Virus record (IMG/VR): IMGVR_UViG_3300032290_000188
Span: 1-48,535 of that record
DNA length: 48,535 bases
DNA from: a virus
Lineage: Duplodnaviria > Caudoviricetes
Reading direction: 5' to 3' (one strand)
Part shown: positions 1 through 10,031 of the stretch, one piece after another
Layout of the letters: every line of letters starts with the position of its first letter
How positions within the stretch are numbered: the stretch's first letter is position 1
Notes under the pieces: model-generated
Database searches by the model: none
The model's input: only the letters and a program-made list of their open reading frames with translations
What the model was told of the DNA's origin: nothing
Translations under genes and position numbers: made by a program

Positions 1-1197
1 ATGATCTCGCTCGTTCGTAGAGCAATGCCAAACATCATTGCATACGATATCGGTTCGGTGCAGCCAATGAGTGGTCCAACAGGACTCATCTTTGCCATGC
101 GCTCGAAGTATGTTGCTAACGGTACGCTATCGTCAACCGAAGCACTCTACGACGAACCCGATACCGACTTCTCTGGCGCTCGCCCTGTAACTGGTTCTGG
201 CCGTACAGCAAGTAGCGTTGGTGCAGGTGGTCTAACAGGCGACACCGAAGTAAGCAACGCCAACTCACCAAACTCTGAGGCTGGTCGCGTTCACGGCGGT
301 GGATACGGTGTATGGAACGCAGCAAACACCGATCCTCTATCGGCCAACTACTCAGTTGGTGGTGGTATGACTTCTGTGCAACTTGAGAAGCGTGGCGAGA
401 GTGGAACTCCGTTCTCTGAGATGTCGTTCACAATCGACAAGGGAACTGTAACCGCACAAGCACGCGCTCTGAAGGCAGAGTACACCACAGAACTCGCACA
501 AGACCTCAAGGCTGTTCACGGTCTTGACGCTGAGAGTGAACTGTCGAACATTCTTTCGACAGAAATTCTCGGTGAAATCAACCGCGAGATCATCCGTACT
601 GCTTACCTCACAGCAATCACGGGTACAAATGTAGACAACGCTGCTTCCAACACAGGAAACGGTCGTTGGATGGTTGAACGCTTCAAGTACTTGGTATACC
701 GCATCGAAGCAGAGGCCAACGAGATTGCTCGCTCGACTCGCCGCGGTAAGGGTAACTTCCTGATTTGCAGCACCAATGTTGCTTCTGCGCTCTCGCTCGC
801 AGGTCTTCTAGACTACAGCGGTCCGTTCAACAACAACGGTATTAGAATGCCTGATGAAACAGGTGATCTGTTTGTCGGTACTCTAAACGGTCGCATCAAG
901 GTGTATGTTGATCCGTTCGTAACCGCAGATTACTGCATGATCGGTTACAAGGGAAGCAACCCATACGATGCCGGTCTGTTCTACTGCCCATATGTTCCTC
1001 TACAGATGGTGCGTGCAACTGATCCAAACACCTTCCAGCCAAAGATCGCTTTCAAGACGCGCTACGGTATGGCAACAAACCCATACAATGTCACGCCTTC
1101 AAGCGGAAACATCGACATCAACATCGGTGGAGTCAGTTCGCTGACTCGCAACAACAGATACTTCCGTATCTTTGCTGTGACCAACATCGCTGGCTAA
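1..1197 (+). CDS. 23: T4-like major capsid protein gp23 (5'-truncated by window edge)
   Basis: ISLVRRAMPNIIAYDI, VQPMSGPTGLIFAMR, ARALKAEYTTELAQDLKAVHGLDAESEL, YDAGLFYCPYVPLQ, FQPKIAFKTRYG are hallmark gp23 motifs. Confidence 0.98.
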   Translation: MISLVRRAMPNIIAYDIGSVQPMSGPTGLIFAMRSKYVANGTLSSTEALYDEPDTDFSGARPVTGSGRTASSVGAGGLTGDTEVSNANSPNSEAGRVHGGGYGVWNAANTDPLSANYSVGGGMTSVQLEKRGESGTPFSEMSFTIDKGTVTAQARALKAEYTTELAQDLKAVHGLDAESELSNILSTEILGEINREIIRTAYLTAITGTNVDNAASNTGNGRWMVERFKYLVYRIEAEANEIARSTRRGKGNFLICSTNVASALSLAGLLDYSGPFNNNGIRMPDETGDLFVGTLNGRIKVYVDPFVTADYCMIGYKGSNPYDAGLFYCPYVPLQMVRATDPNTFQPKIAFKTRYGMATNPYNVTPSSGNIDINIGGVSSLTRNNRYFRIFAVTNIAG

Positions 1198-1216
1198 TCG
1201 TTAGGTAACTGAAACC

Positions 1217-1252
1217 GAGGTGGGGAGGGGAAACCCTCCCCACTTTCTTTTT
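1217..1252 (+). terminator. Rho-independent terminator after gp23
   Basis: GTGGGGAGGG-GAAA-CCCTCCCCAC 10-bp perfect stem (1220-1243) followed by TTTCTTTTT. Confidence 0.93.
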
Positions 1253-1255
1253 GGA

Positions 1256-1261
1256 TACATA
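1256..1261 (+). promoter_or_regulatory. Putative gp55-type late promoter box (TACATA)
   Basis: Lies directly after the terminator and before the GGAGG RBS of gp3; resembles T4 TATAAATA; the same TA(A/C)ATA recurs at other gene starts. Confidence 0.55.
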
Positions 1262-1274
1262 CTATGGAGGAACA

Positions 1275-1805
1275 ATGGCAAACTTTGAGTCCAGTACCAA
1301 TAGCGAAAACTACCTGTATCCAACAGCATTCAAGTTTACGATTGCCCGTTTGCCTGGAGTGACATACCATTGTCAAAGTGCAAACATTCCAGGCGTCACA
1401 GTAAACGCGATGTCTGCTAACAATCCAAGAAGCGGCAGAACCCTCAAGATTCCATCTCAGAACTTGCAGTTTGGAGACTTGGATATCTCATTCCTGATTG
1501 ACGAAACCATGACAAACTGGATAGAGTTGTACAACTGGATGCAGGCGTTGCGCGTGGTTAACGATTGGGAAACCGTAAGGCCATTTACTCCAAACATTGC
1601 TACGGGTACTCTAGAAGCACAACTTGATACTGGAACAATGGTGGTACTAAGCAGCGCCAACAACGCTGTGCGAACTTTCAGATTCAACAATATGTTCCCT
1701 GTTGAGTTGTCTTCGGTATCCTTCAACGCTGCAATAGACGGGGCACAAACGCTCACAGCAACCTCCAAGTTTGCATTTGAGTTCTTTACTATAGATCAGG
1801 CTTGA
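1275..1805 (+). CDS. 3: Tail completion / tail tube terminator protein gp3-like
   Basis: NYLYPTAFKFTIARLPGVTYHCQSANIPG, FLIDETMTNWIELYNW, FNNMFPVELS; position after gp23; GGAGG RBS supports ATG 1275. Confidence 0.85.
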   Translation: MANFESSTNSENYLYPTAFKFTIARLPGVTYHCQSANIPGVTVNAMSANNPRSGRTLKIPSQNLQFGDLDISFLIDETMTNWIELYNWMQALRVVNDWETVRPFTPNIATGTLEAQLDTGTMVVLSSANNAVRTFRFNNMFPVELSSVSFNAAIDGAQTLTATSKFAFEFFTIDQA

Positions 1806-1829
1806 CTTGTTTGCCTTTTGGAGTATGCT
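1802..1829 (+). promoter_or_regulatory. sigma70-like promoter (TTGACT-N16-TATGCT), probably leaderless uvsY mRNA
   Basis: -35 at 1802-1807, -10 at 1824-1829, ATG at 1836 with no SD. Confidence 0.7.
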
Positions 1830-1835
1830 TTTGTG

Positions 1836-2270
1836 ATGAAACTAGAAGAACTCCGTGCCATGGTCAAGAAAGACTTGACCGTTGATCCAACAGAACTCGA
1901 CATCGCATCTCTCTTGGTGCCACAGTTGCACTCCAAGTATCTGAATCTGCTGATGGACGAGAAACTAATCCTACGCAAACTCAAGTTAGAGTTGTCTGCT
2001 CTGAAGAGAGACAAGTGGGAATACTACTCAGGCAGAATGAGCGAAGAGCGCCTCGAGCAACTGGGTTGGGAACCGTTTCACTTGAAGATACTTCGTCAGG
2101 ACCTAGACAAGTATTTGGAAAGTGATTCAGACCTCGCAACAATCCACACCAAACTAGCGTTCTGCGAAGAGAAGGTAGAATTCCTAGCGGGAGTAATCAG
2201 AGCAGTTTCCAATCTGCATTGGAACATTCGCAGCGCCATTGATTGGAAAAAGTTCACACAGGGAGCATGA
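1836..2270 (+). CDS. uvsY: Recombination mediator UvsY
   Basis: PQLHSKYL, KWEYYSG, YLESD, WNIRSAIDWKKF; gp3-uvsY-uvsW synteny. Confidence 0.92.
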   Translation: MKLEELRAMVKKDLTVDPTELDIASLLVPQLHSKYLNLLMDEKLILRKLKLELSALKRDKWEYYSGRMSEERLEQLGWEPFHLKILRQDLDKYLESDSDLATIHTKLAFCEEKVEFLAGVIRAVSNLHWNIRSAIDWKKFTQGA

Positions 2271-2803
2271 TGAAAGTAGTGTCTGGCTTTACAGGAGATG
2301 GCGCCGTCTACGCTTCGTATCTGAAACAAGCGTATCGGTTTGCACAGCACAGTCCTGATCCATCGACACAAGTAGGATGTGTGATCGTCCATCCAAGCAT
2401 GGGCGTAATTGCAGGATCATCTAATTCTCTACCCGAAGGAATTGTGGTCACAGATGAAATTCTGCTGAGTAAAGAAGCAAAGAGCATCTACATGGAACAC
2501 GCTGAGAGAAACGCGCTGTATCGCTGTTGCCAGAGCGTTCTATCCACAAAGGGTTGCCATGCATACTCCACCCTTGCTCCGTGCATTGATTGCGCGAGAG
2601 GACTCATACAGTCAGGCATAACCAAACTGGTTGCTCATAAAGAAATGCTTGAACTGTACGATTCTCCCTCGAATCTTGATAGCATCCACAAGGGATGGAA
2701 CATGATGCTTCAAGCGGGAATAGAATGCGTATTGTGGTCAGGGACGGTGTTTCAAGTTCCTACAACGCAAGTGCGTGTCCGAGGTAAACTATGGACACCC
2801 TAA
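2267..2803 (+). CDS. cd: dCMP deaminase family protein
   Basis: SPDPSTQVGCVIV, HAERNA and PCIDC zinc-binding motifs; ATGA overlap with uvsY. Confidence 0.85.
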   Translation: MMKVVSGFTGDGAVYASYLKQAYRFAQHSPDPSTQVGCVIVHPSMGVIAGSSNSLPEGIVVTDEILLSKEAKSIYMEHAERNALYRCCQSVLSTKGCHAYSTLAPCIDCARGLIQSGITKLVAHKEMLELYDSPSNLDSIHKGWNMMLQAGIECVLWSGTVFQVPTTQVRVRGKLWTP

Positions 2804-2811
2804 ATACAAGC

Positions 2812-4305
2812 ATGGAGAGCATAATTGTCAGCAAGAAAAACTCCGTGTACCTCAAGGTAGATTGCGGTAGCAAGGGTGTAGCGCAAGAACTCTCCGACTT
2901 CTTTACATTCAAGGTGCCTGGATTTCAGTTTATGCCTGCGTATCGCAGCAAGATGTGGGACGGTAAAATCCGTCTGTACAATCAACACTCTCAGGAGTTA
3001 TACTGTGGGTTGCTAGACTATGTGAAATCGTTTGCTACAGAACGAAACTACTGGGTTGGTGTTTCGTTTACGGAACCCCAAGATAAATGGACTCAGGAAG
3101 ATGTACGCGAGTACATGAAAACTCTGAATCTAGTAGCAGGTGGCAAGCAGATTGATCCACACCCGCATCAAGTAGATGCAGTATGCCACTCTCTCAATAA
3201 AGAACGATGCCTACTGCTTAGTCCAACTGCATCGGGTAAGAGTCTCATCATCTACACCCTGATGCGTAGACGCTTGGAAGAAGACAAGCGCAAAGTGCTT
3301 ATTGTGGTGCCCACTACTTCGCTCGTGGCGCAGATGGAAAATGACTTTACCGAATACGCTTCTGGCGACAAAGCATGGAAAGCAAGCAAGCACTTGCACA
3401 AGATTTACGCAGGTCAGACCAAAACTACAGACAAGCGAGTGGTAATCACTACTTGGCAGAGCATTTATAAGCAACCTGCAAAGTGGTTTCAGCAGTTTGG
3501 TTCGGTGTTCGGTGACGAGTGCCATCTGTACAAAGCAAAATCGCTGTCAACCATCATGTCTCGCTTGCTCGACTGCGACTTCAGAATCGGAACCACAGGT
3601 ACGCTAGACGGTACGCAGACTCACCGCCTAATCATCGAAGGATTGTTTGGTGCAGTTTACAAGGTGACAAGTACTACAGAACTCATCAAGCAGAAACTAC
3701 TCAGCGACTTTACTATTGACTGCATTACTCTGAAGTATTCTGACGAAGACTGCAAAGCGGTCAAGGGAATGCGATATCAGGATGAGATTGACTTTCTTGT
3801 TTCTCACGCGAAGCGTAATCAGTTCATTACCAATTTAGCGTGCAAAACTAAGGGAAATACGCTGGTCTTGTTTCAGTATGTGGAAAAGCACGGTAAACCC
3901 CTGTTCGAGCAAATACAGAAGCAAGCAAAAGAACTAGGCAAAGATGTGTACTTGGTTTACGGTGGAACTGATGTAGAACAGCGAGAACACATTCGCCATC
4001 TTGCAGAAACCAAAGACAATGCCATAATCGTTGCATCCTACGGGGTCTTCAGCACAGGGGTATCCATTAGGAGACTACATAATATTGTCTTTGCTTCACC
4101 GTCCAAGAGCAGAATCAGGGTGTTGCAAAGCATAGGTCGCCAACTCAGAAAGTCAGAGCATAAGGAGAAGGCAAGACTATACGATGTCGCAGACGATCTG
4201 CGGTGGAAATCTAAGGTGAACTTCACCTTGAATCACTTCTTGGAGCGCATGAAAATCTACTCCACAGAGAAGTTTGACTACACTACGGTTACGATCAAAC
4301 TATAG
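2812..4305 (+). CDS. uvsW: UvsW SF2 DNA helicase (start 2791 or 2812)
   Basis: WDGKIRL, SPTASGKS, DECH, TTGT, LQSIGRQLR. Confidence 0.96.
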   Translation: MESIIVSKKNSVYLKVDCGSKGVAQELSDFFTFKVPGFQFMPAYRSKMWDGKIRLYNQHSQELYCGLLDYVKSFATERNYWVGVSFTEPQDKWTQEDVREYMKTLNLVAGGKQIDPHPHQVDAVCHSLNKERCLLLSPTASGKSLIIYTLMRRRLEEDKRKVLIVVPTTSLVAQMENDFTEYASGDKAWKASKHLHKIYAGQTKTTDKRVVITTWQSIYKQPAKWFQQFGSVFGDECHLYKAKSLSTIMSRLLDCDFRIGTTGTLDGTQTHRLIIEGLFGAVYKVTSTTELIKQKLLSDFTIDCITLKYSDEDCKAVKGMRYQDEIDFLVSHAKRNQFITNLACKTKGNTLVLFQYVEKHGKPLFEQIQKQAKELGKDVYLVYGGTDVEQREHIRHLAETKDNAIIVASYGVFSTGVSIRRLHNIVFASPSKSRIRVLQSIGRQLRKSEHKEKARLYDVADDLRWKSKVNFTLNHFLERMKIYSTEKFDYTTVTIKL

Positions 4306-4313
4306 GAGATGCT

Positions 4314-4859
4314 ATGGAATACAGCGATCCAACCATAATCAAACTAAAGAACGGCGATGATATCATTGCCACTATTCGCGGTGTCACCAAGACTCGCATG
4401 GTTCTAGAGAACCCGTTTACTTTGGAAACCCTGACCCTAATCGACCAGTACGGTATACCCCGTGAGGAAAAACTTCTGATGAAGAAGTGGACCAACTGGA
4501 CAAAGGATGGAGTCATCTCTCTACCCAAGGCCCATATTTTAGACTGCATGGCTCCTAGTGATAAAGCAGTAGCGCATTATCTCATGGTGCTGAAGAATGG
4601 TGGCATCTTTAAGGTAACACCCGCAGAGCAAGCAGAACTAGAAGAAGGTGCGGCATTCATGCAAGAACTCTTGGATCAGATCAAGAGCGGAGAGGTTACG
4701 CCAGAGATGATTGAAGAAGGTCGTATCGAAAGTGAAAGAGAACCACAGATTCCTGCTGCTCCTGAGCAGTTACCTACGGAAGAAACAGATGGTGGTCCTG
4801 ATAAGGAATACGGTAACAGACCAAACGATTGGTCGCCTGATCCCCGTGACTACCTTTAA
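4314..4859 (+). CDS. Conserved T4-like hypothetical protein (Sm-like N-terminus)
   Basis: IIKLKNGDDIIA start typical of the ORF between uvsW and gp55 in exo-T4 phages; AGGAG RBS. Confidence 0.6.
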   Translation: MEYSDPTIIKLKNGDDIIATIRGVTKTRMVLENPFTLETLTLIDQYGIPREEKLLMKKWTNWTKDGVISLPKAHILDCMAPSDKAVAHYLMVLKNGGIFKVTPAEQAELEEGAAFMQELLDQIKSGEVTPEMIEEGRIESEREPQIPAAPEQLPTEETDGGPDKEYGNRPNDWSPDPRDYL

Positions 4860-4944
4860 GGTGTTAAGGACCGTGAAACCTTCACTCTATGTAGTGGTGG
4901 TGCATACGATGCCTGCAAGAAAAACCGAATAGATTTTATCTGGC

Positions 4945-4972
4945 TAGCATCCTTGTGAAACCGTGATATACT
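4945..4972 (+). promoter_or_regulatory. sigma70-like promoter (TAGCAT-N16-TATACT) for gp55
   Basis: Intergenic; -10 TATACT at 4967-4972; same 16-nt spacer as the other promoters. Confidence 0.55.
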
Positions 4973-4992
4973 TCCTTATCGAATGGAGCATT

Positions 4993-5613
4993 ATGAAGAA
5001 ACGAAAACCAAAAACTGAAGAAGATGTAGAGTTGAATCCCGAAGAGATAGAGAAAGAGATTGAGGAAGAAACTCAATCTGGGCATTACATCGACAACAAG
5101 GTGTTCTATGCTGAAATGGTGAAGTGGAAGGTCGTGGTGGACGCGGAGAAGAAAGCAGAACGATCTACTCCTCCAGTAACAGACTACATTGGCAAGTGTT
5201 TCTTGGACATCGCAACGCACTTGTCGTACAGACCAAACTTCATTAACTACCCGTATCGGGAAGAGATGATAGGAGATGGCATTGAAAACTGCCTGATGTA
5301 CGCCAGCAATTTCGATCCCACCAAGTCTAAGAATCCCTTCTCGTACTTTACGCAGATCATTTACTTTGCCTTCTTACGCAGAATTGCTAAGGAGAAAAAG
5401 CAAATGTACATACGCTACAAGATGCTAGAAGCGGCAGACAAGACAGGCAAAGTCAGAAGCAACCTGCTAAATGCATCTGACTCAGATGATCCAGTTGCTG
5501 ATTACTTTCACTTGTCTCAGAATGATATCGCCAAGTTTTCAAAGTCTGATTCCCCTCGAAGAAAAGGCAAGAAAAGCAAAAAGACCAAGCGCAATCACCT
5601 TGACGATCTATGA
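4993..5613 (+). CDS. 55: Late-transcription sigma factor gp55
   Basis: HYIDNK, YIGKCFLDIATHLSYRPNFINY, EMIGDGIENC, NPFSYFTQIIYFAFLRRIAKEKKQ. Confidence 0.97.
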   Translation: MKKRKPKTEEDVELNPEEIEKEIEEETQSGHYIDNKVFYAEMVKWKVVVDAEKKAERSTPPVTDYIGKCFLDIATHLSYRPNFINYPYREEMIGDGIENCLMYASNFDPTKSKNPFSYFTQIIYFAFLRRIAKEKKQMYIRYKMLEAADKTGKVRSNLLNASDSDDPVADYFHLSQNDIAKFSKSDSPRRKGKKSKKTKRNHLDDL

Positions 5614-5627
5614 TCGTGATGTATACT
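5600..5627 (+). promoter_or_regulatory. sigma70-like promoter (TTGACG-N16-TATACT) for the gp47-gp46 operon
   Basis: -35 at 5600-5605, -10 at 5622-5627. Confidence 0.7.
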
Positions 5628-5645
5628 CTTTGTGGGTAAGTTGTA

Positions 5646-6704
5646 ATGAAACTAGCAATCATTAACGATACACACTTTGGCGCCAGGTCTGATTCGCCGG
5701 TATTTGGTGAGTACTTCTTCAAGTTCTTTGATGAAGTGTTCTTTCCGTACTGCGACAAGCACGGTATAGACACAGTACTTCATTTGGGTGATCTTTTGGA
5801 TCGCCGTAAGTTTGTGAACTTCCATACCTTGAATCAGGTGCGTACACGGTTCATGGAACCCTTGCTGCAAAAGGGAATGACCGTCCATTGTATTCTAGGC
5901 AATCACGATGTGTACTACAAGAACACTAATCTAGTCAACTCTCCTAAAGAACTGTTCGGAGACAGGTACACCAACTTCAACATCTACGAAGAGCCTATTG
6001 AGTTGCAGTTTGGCTCTTTGAAGATTGCTATGGTGCCTTGGATCAACAAAAACAATGGCGAAGAGTTTATGCGCTTTATCAAGCGCAGCAAGTGTCCAGT
6101 TATTTGCGGTCACTTTGAACTTGAAGGCTATCAGGTGTTGCGCGGCGTGAAGTTTGAAGGTGGTATGCACGCCAATACTCTTGCACGATACGAGATGGTG
6201 CTGTCGGGGCACTTCCACCACAAGCATAGTGGAGGCAATGTCTACTACCTGGGCACTCAGTATCAGATTACCTTCAGCGATTTGGAAGACCGTAAGGGAT
6301 TCCATGTACTAGACACCGAAACGCGGGAACTTACATTCGTGGAGAATCCCCACAAGATGTTCCACGCCGTTCGCTACGATGACACAGTACAGGATATTGC
6401 TAAGATTCTTGAAACTAAGGACTTCTCAAAGTACGCAAATGCCTTTGTAAAGGTATTCGTAGACAACAAGACCAAGCCGTATCTGTTTGATAAGTTCTTG
6501 GACGGCATCTATACTGCTCCTGCCATGGGTGTAACCATTGTGGAGCAAAACACCGATACAGGTACAGCAGAACCCGCAGCAGACATGGCACTAGACACTC
6601 TTGGACTAATCAACAAAGAGATTGACGGTATGGAAGAGGTGCATGACAAGTCTGCATTGAAGCGTATTGTGCGTGATCTGTACATGGAGAGTCTATCGCT
6701 ATGA
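5646..6704 (+). CDS. 47: Recombination nuclease gp47 (Mre11/SbcD-like)
   Basis: DTHFG, HLGDLLDRR, GNHD, SGHFH metallophosphoesterase motifs. Confidence 0.96.
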   Translation: MKLAIINDTHFGARSDSPVFGEYFFKFFDEVFFPYCDKHGIDTVLHLGDLLDRRKFVNFHTLNQVRTRFMEPLLQKGMTVHCILGNHDVYYKNTNLVNSPKELFGDRYTNFNIYEEPIELQFGSLKIAMVPWINKNNGEEFMRFIKRSKCPVICGHFELEGYQVLRGVKFEGGMHANTLARYEMVLSGHFHHKHSGGNVYYLGTQYQITFSDLEDRKGFHVLDTETRELTFVENPHKMFHAVRYDDTVQDIAKILETKDFSKYANAFVKVFVDNKTKPYLFDKFLDGIYTAPAMGVTIVEQNTDTGTAEPAADMALDTLGLINKEIDGMEEVHDKSALKRIVRDLYMESLSL

Positions 6705-8425
6705 TCGTGTTTACCAAAGTGCGATTCAAGAACTTTGGATCGTTCGGAAACAACTTCACAGAGATTCAACTGAACAAAGCCAAGATGACCCTCGTTTCGG
6801 GTAACAACGGGCACGGAAAGTCATTCGCTCTGTTGGATTCTGTGACATTTGGACTGTTTGGTAAACCATTCCGCAAGATCAATCTGCCTCAGTTGGTGAA
6901 CAGCATCAATGAGAAAGACTGCCTGGTTGAGGTAGAGTTTACCATTGCACAGGATGACTTTAAAGTTGTTCGAGGCATCAAGCCGAATCGCTTTGAGGTG
7001 TGGAAGAACGGCAATCTGCTAGATCAGCACGCCACAACTAAGGACTATCAGAAGATGCTTGAAGAGCAGATTCTGAAGATGAACTACAAGTCTTTTACCC
7101 AAGTAGTGATTCTAGGCAGTTCATCGTTTGTGCCGTTTATGCAGTTGCCTGCTTCGGATCGCCGCGCGGTAATCGAAGATATCCTTGATATCAATGTGTT
7201 CTCCACCATGAACACAATTCTCAAGGCAAAGATGTCCAATCTGAAGGAAGAGATTGCAGACAACGAACGCAAGATTGCGATTCTAAAGGAAAGCATCCGC
7301 GCTCAGAAGGAACTCATTGCAGGCTTGAAAAGCAAGAATGACGAACAGGTACATGGAAATCTGAAAGAGATTGCGCGTTCTGAAACCTTGATTGCTGAGA
7401 AGCAGGAAGAACTGGAATCTCTAACCAAGCAGATTGCCGAAGTAAAGCAGCAGTTGCAAGGAAAGGTGTCGCTGCTGAAACAGATCAGCAAACTGGAGAC
7501 ATTGCAGAAGCAGTTAGAATCCAATCGCAGAAAGGTTGGAGATGAACTTGCATTCTTCGATAACAACGAAGTTTGCCCTACTTGTCATCAGTCCATTGAC
7601 AAGGCAAGTAATCCTATCCACTCTCTGTTGTGCAAAAAGAAGAGCAAGCAGGGAGAGTTGACCGAAGCAGTTGGTGCCATTGTTGATGAGATTGATACAA
7701 AGCGTAAGCAGATTGAGGAATACGAAGTTGTGTCTTCTGAACTGGAGCGCCTAAACACCGAGACAATGGAGGCAAACTCCACTATTACGGCGTGCAACTC
7801 GTACATTTCTAAACTCACCAAAGAGAACAAGACCATCCAAAGCAAAGAGGTGGCAGACACGGATCATCAGAAGCGATTGGTTGATTTTGAAGGTGATCTG
7901 AACAAGAACGAGTCCTCCAAGCACAGTCTTGTAGAAGAGATGCACTACTATAGCGTAGCGGCAACGCTCCTCAAGGATAGTGGTATCAAGGCTAAAATCA
8001 TCAGATACTATTTGCCAATCATCAACAAGACCATCAACAAGTACTTGAACACGATGGATTTCTTCGCAAACTTTACTCTTGACGATGAGTTCAACGAAAC
8101 CATCAAGAGTAGGCATAGAGATGCTTTCTCGTACATGAGTTTCAGCGAAGGTGAAAAAATGCGTATTGATTTGGCTCTGCTGTTGGCATGGAGAGAGATT
8201 GCGCGAATCAAGAACAGCGCAAACACCAATCTGCTGATCTTGGACGAGGTGTTTGATTCTTCCCTAGATACATCAGGAACCGAAGAGTTTATGAAGATTC
8301 TGCACTCATTCGGCGCCAACTCCAATGTGTTTGTGATCTCGCACAAAGCAGACCAGTTGGTTGACAAGTTCGAGCATACCATGTCGTTCGAGAAGAAGAA
8401 CAACTTCAGTAGGATTTCGCCATGA
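6701..8425 (+). CDS. 46: Recombination ATPase gp46 (Rad50/SbcC-like)
   Basis: GNNGHGKS Walker A, CPTC zinc hook, FSEGEK signature, LILDEVFD. Confidence 0.97.
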   Translation: MIVFTKVRFKNFGSFGNNFTEIQLNKAKMTLVSGNNGHGKSFALLDSVTFGLFGKPFRKINLPQLVNSINEKDCLVEVEFTIAQDDFKVVRGIKPNRFEVWKNGNLLDQHATTKDYQKMLEEQILKMNYKSFTQVVILGSSSFVPFMQLPASDRRAVIEDILDINVFSTMNTILKAKMSNLKEEIADNERKIAILKESIRAQKELIAGLKSKNDEQVHGNLKEIARSETLIAEKQEELESLTKQIAEVKQQLQGKVSLLKQISKLETLQKQLESNRRKVGDELAFFDNNEVCPTCHQSIDKASNPIHSLLCKKKSKQGELTEAVGAIVDEIDTKRKQIEEYEVVSSELERLNTETMEANSTITACNSYISKLTKENKTIQSKEVADTDHQKRLVDFEGDLNKNESSKHSLVEEMHYYSVAATLLKDSGIKAKIIRYYLPIINKTINKYLNTMDFFANFTLDDEFNETIKSRHRDAFSYMSFSEGEKMRIDLALLLAWREIARIKNSANTNLLILDEVFDSSLDTSGTEEFMKILHSFGANSNVFVISHKADQLVDKFEHTMSFEKKNNFSRISP

Positions 8426-9087
8426 ACAAGTTTGAAGAGAACTCATATGTGCTAGGTGATGCGTTTGATTATCTGCCTAGTATTCCATCTGAATCGGTTG
8501 ACTTGGTTTTCACATCATGTCCTGATCTGTCTCAGACTCCTTTCGGAAAGGATCAAACTGACGACTACAGGCAGTTTCAGCAAAAAGCAATGCGAGAGTT
8601 TGCTCGTATTGTGAAACCTACTGGCTTTGTGGTTGTGTGTCAGACTGATCGCCGAGTCAATGGATTCATTCTGTCTAACCATATGTGGTACGCACAATGC
8701 CTCGAGAATGAAGGTCTAAGTCTCAAGGATTACAAGGTTGTGGTTCGTAACGAAGTGGGTAAGCGAGATATGTACTACTTCACTTTCCAACATATGCTTG
8801 TGTATACGAGTCAGGGAGTGATACACCGCAAGGGAGACTGGCTACGAGACATCTATGTGGATCAGCAAGAGAAAGTCTTGAATCAATCTGTGTGGTCACA
8901 GGATTTCTGCAAGTATGTGATTGAGAATCTTACAGAACCCGATGCCTTGGTGGTTGATCCGTTTGCAGGTGTTGGTCCTGTTCTGCTTGCGGCAAATACA
9001 ACTGGTAGGCGTTGGTGGGGATGTGAACTTGAAGAGAAGTTCTACGATCCGCAGTTTATGCATTGCAAGGCATCGCTTCCTGTATGA
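8422..9087 (+). CDS. DNA N6/N4-methyltransferase-fold protein (beta order) with atypical catalytic motif
   Basis: SVDLVFTSCPD in place of xDLxxTSPPY; C-terminal VVDPFAGVG SAM-binding motif; very short target-recognition region. Confidence 0.75.
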   Translation: MNKFEENSYVLGDAFDYLPSIPSESVDLVFTSCPDLSQTPFGKDQTDDYRQFQQKAMREFARIVKPTGFVVVCQTDRRVNGFILSNHMWYAQCLENEGLSLKDYKVVVRNEVGKRDMYYFTFQHMLVYTSQGVIHRKGDWLRDIYVDQQEKVLNQSVWSQDFCKYVIENLTEPDALVVDPFAGVGPVLLAANTTGRRWWGCELEEKFYDPQFMHCKASLPV

Positions 9088-10031
9088 AAGCAGAATACGA
9101 CTTCTCTACAGCATTTCCTGCCCATGTTCTTAATAGAACACCCATACAGATGTTGCAGGGGGTGTTCTACAAGCGGGACGATATGTACACTCCATACGGC
9201 CTTCACGATGTGAACGGAGGCAAGGTACGGCAAGCGATTCGTTTGCTGTATCCTATGCGCGAGGAGTTGAAATCCAAATACGCTGGCGTTATAACCCACA
9301 CGCAGGTACACTCTACCACGGGGACGATCATAGCCAGAGTGTGTAAAGACTTGGGTATTCCGTGCGTGATTTGTGTAGGTGGCAGCAGTCCCGAAACCCT
9401 AGACAACCACCACATGATGCGTTACGCAAAATGGCTAGGTGCAGATGTTCGCAATGTTTGTGGAACTGGAATGCACGGACCTGTGCTTGCTCGTATGCGC
9501 GAGATTGCAAAGGCAGAGAATCTGTTCGATTCCGTGTTTACCCACAATGTTGAGTACCGCGAGGACGCGGTAATAGATTCCATCGAAAGACAAGTAGGTA
9601 ACTTGCCTAAGGGTCTAGATCAACTGGTAATTCCAGTTGGCAGCGGAGTACATTTCGCGTCTATACTGCGCGGACTGTCCAAGTATCAAATTGATGCCAA
9701 GCGTATCATTGGGTTGTGTGTGGGCCCCAAGCGTACCGAGAACATTAACAAGTGGGTGAATCCGTTGGGAACTGGATACCATTTGCCTAAGTACGAATTG
9801 CATTGCCTAAATACTGTATACGGAAAACCACTTGTGGAAACGCTTTCTGATGGTACAATCCTTGACGATCTGTACGAAGCAAAAGCGCACAAGTGGATGC
9901 GTGAGAATCTTGATATCACCTCACACCGAACTTGCTTTTGGGTTGTTGGTAGACGATTGAGTGAAGCCGAAGTACAGAACAATATGGAAGGACAGCATGG
10001 AAACTCTGCAAGCACACAAAACATTCTTTGA
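9084..10031 (+). CDS. Fold-type II PLP-dependent enzyme (ACC deaminase/D-cysteine desulfhydrase superfamily; resembles phage DNA-hypermodification PLP enzymes)
   Basis: YKRDD...NGGKVRQ (PLP lysine), PVGSG phosphate-binding loop, LDDLYEAKA, FWVVG. Confidence 0.85.
   Translation: MKAEYDFSTAFPAHVLNRTPIQMLQGVFYKRDDMYTPYGLHDVNGGKVRQAIRLLYPMREELKSKYAGVITHTQVHSTTGTIIARVCKDLGIPCVICVGGSSPETLDNHHMMRYAKWLGADVRNVCGTGMHGPVLARMREIAKAENLFDSVFTHNVEYREDAVIDSIERQVGNLPKGLDQLVIPVGSGVHFASILRGLSKYQIDAKRIIGLCVGPKRTENINKWVNPLGTGYHLPKYELHCLNTVYGKPLVETLSDGTILDDLYEAKAHKWMRENLDITSHRTCFWVVGRRLSEAEVQNNMEGQHGNSASTQNIL

Noticed and set aside
4860-4965. Short direct repeat GTGAAACC (two copies) upstream of gp55
   Set aside because: Only 8 bp and two copies; could be chance
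9084-10031. ACC deaminase auxiliary metabolic gene
   Set aside because: Only the superfamily fold is supported; the context between DNA MTase-fold genes argues against a plant-hormone or amino-acid catabolic role
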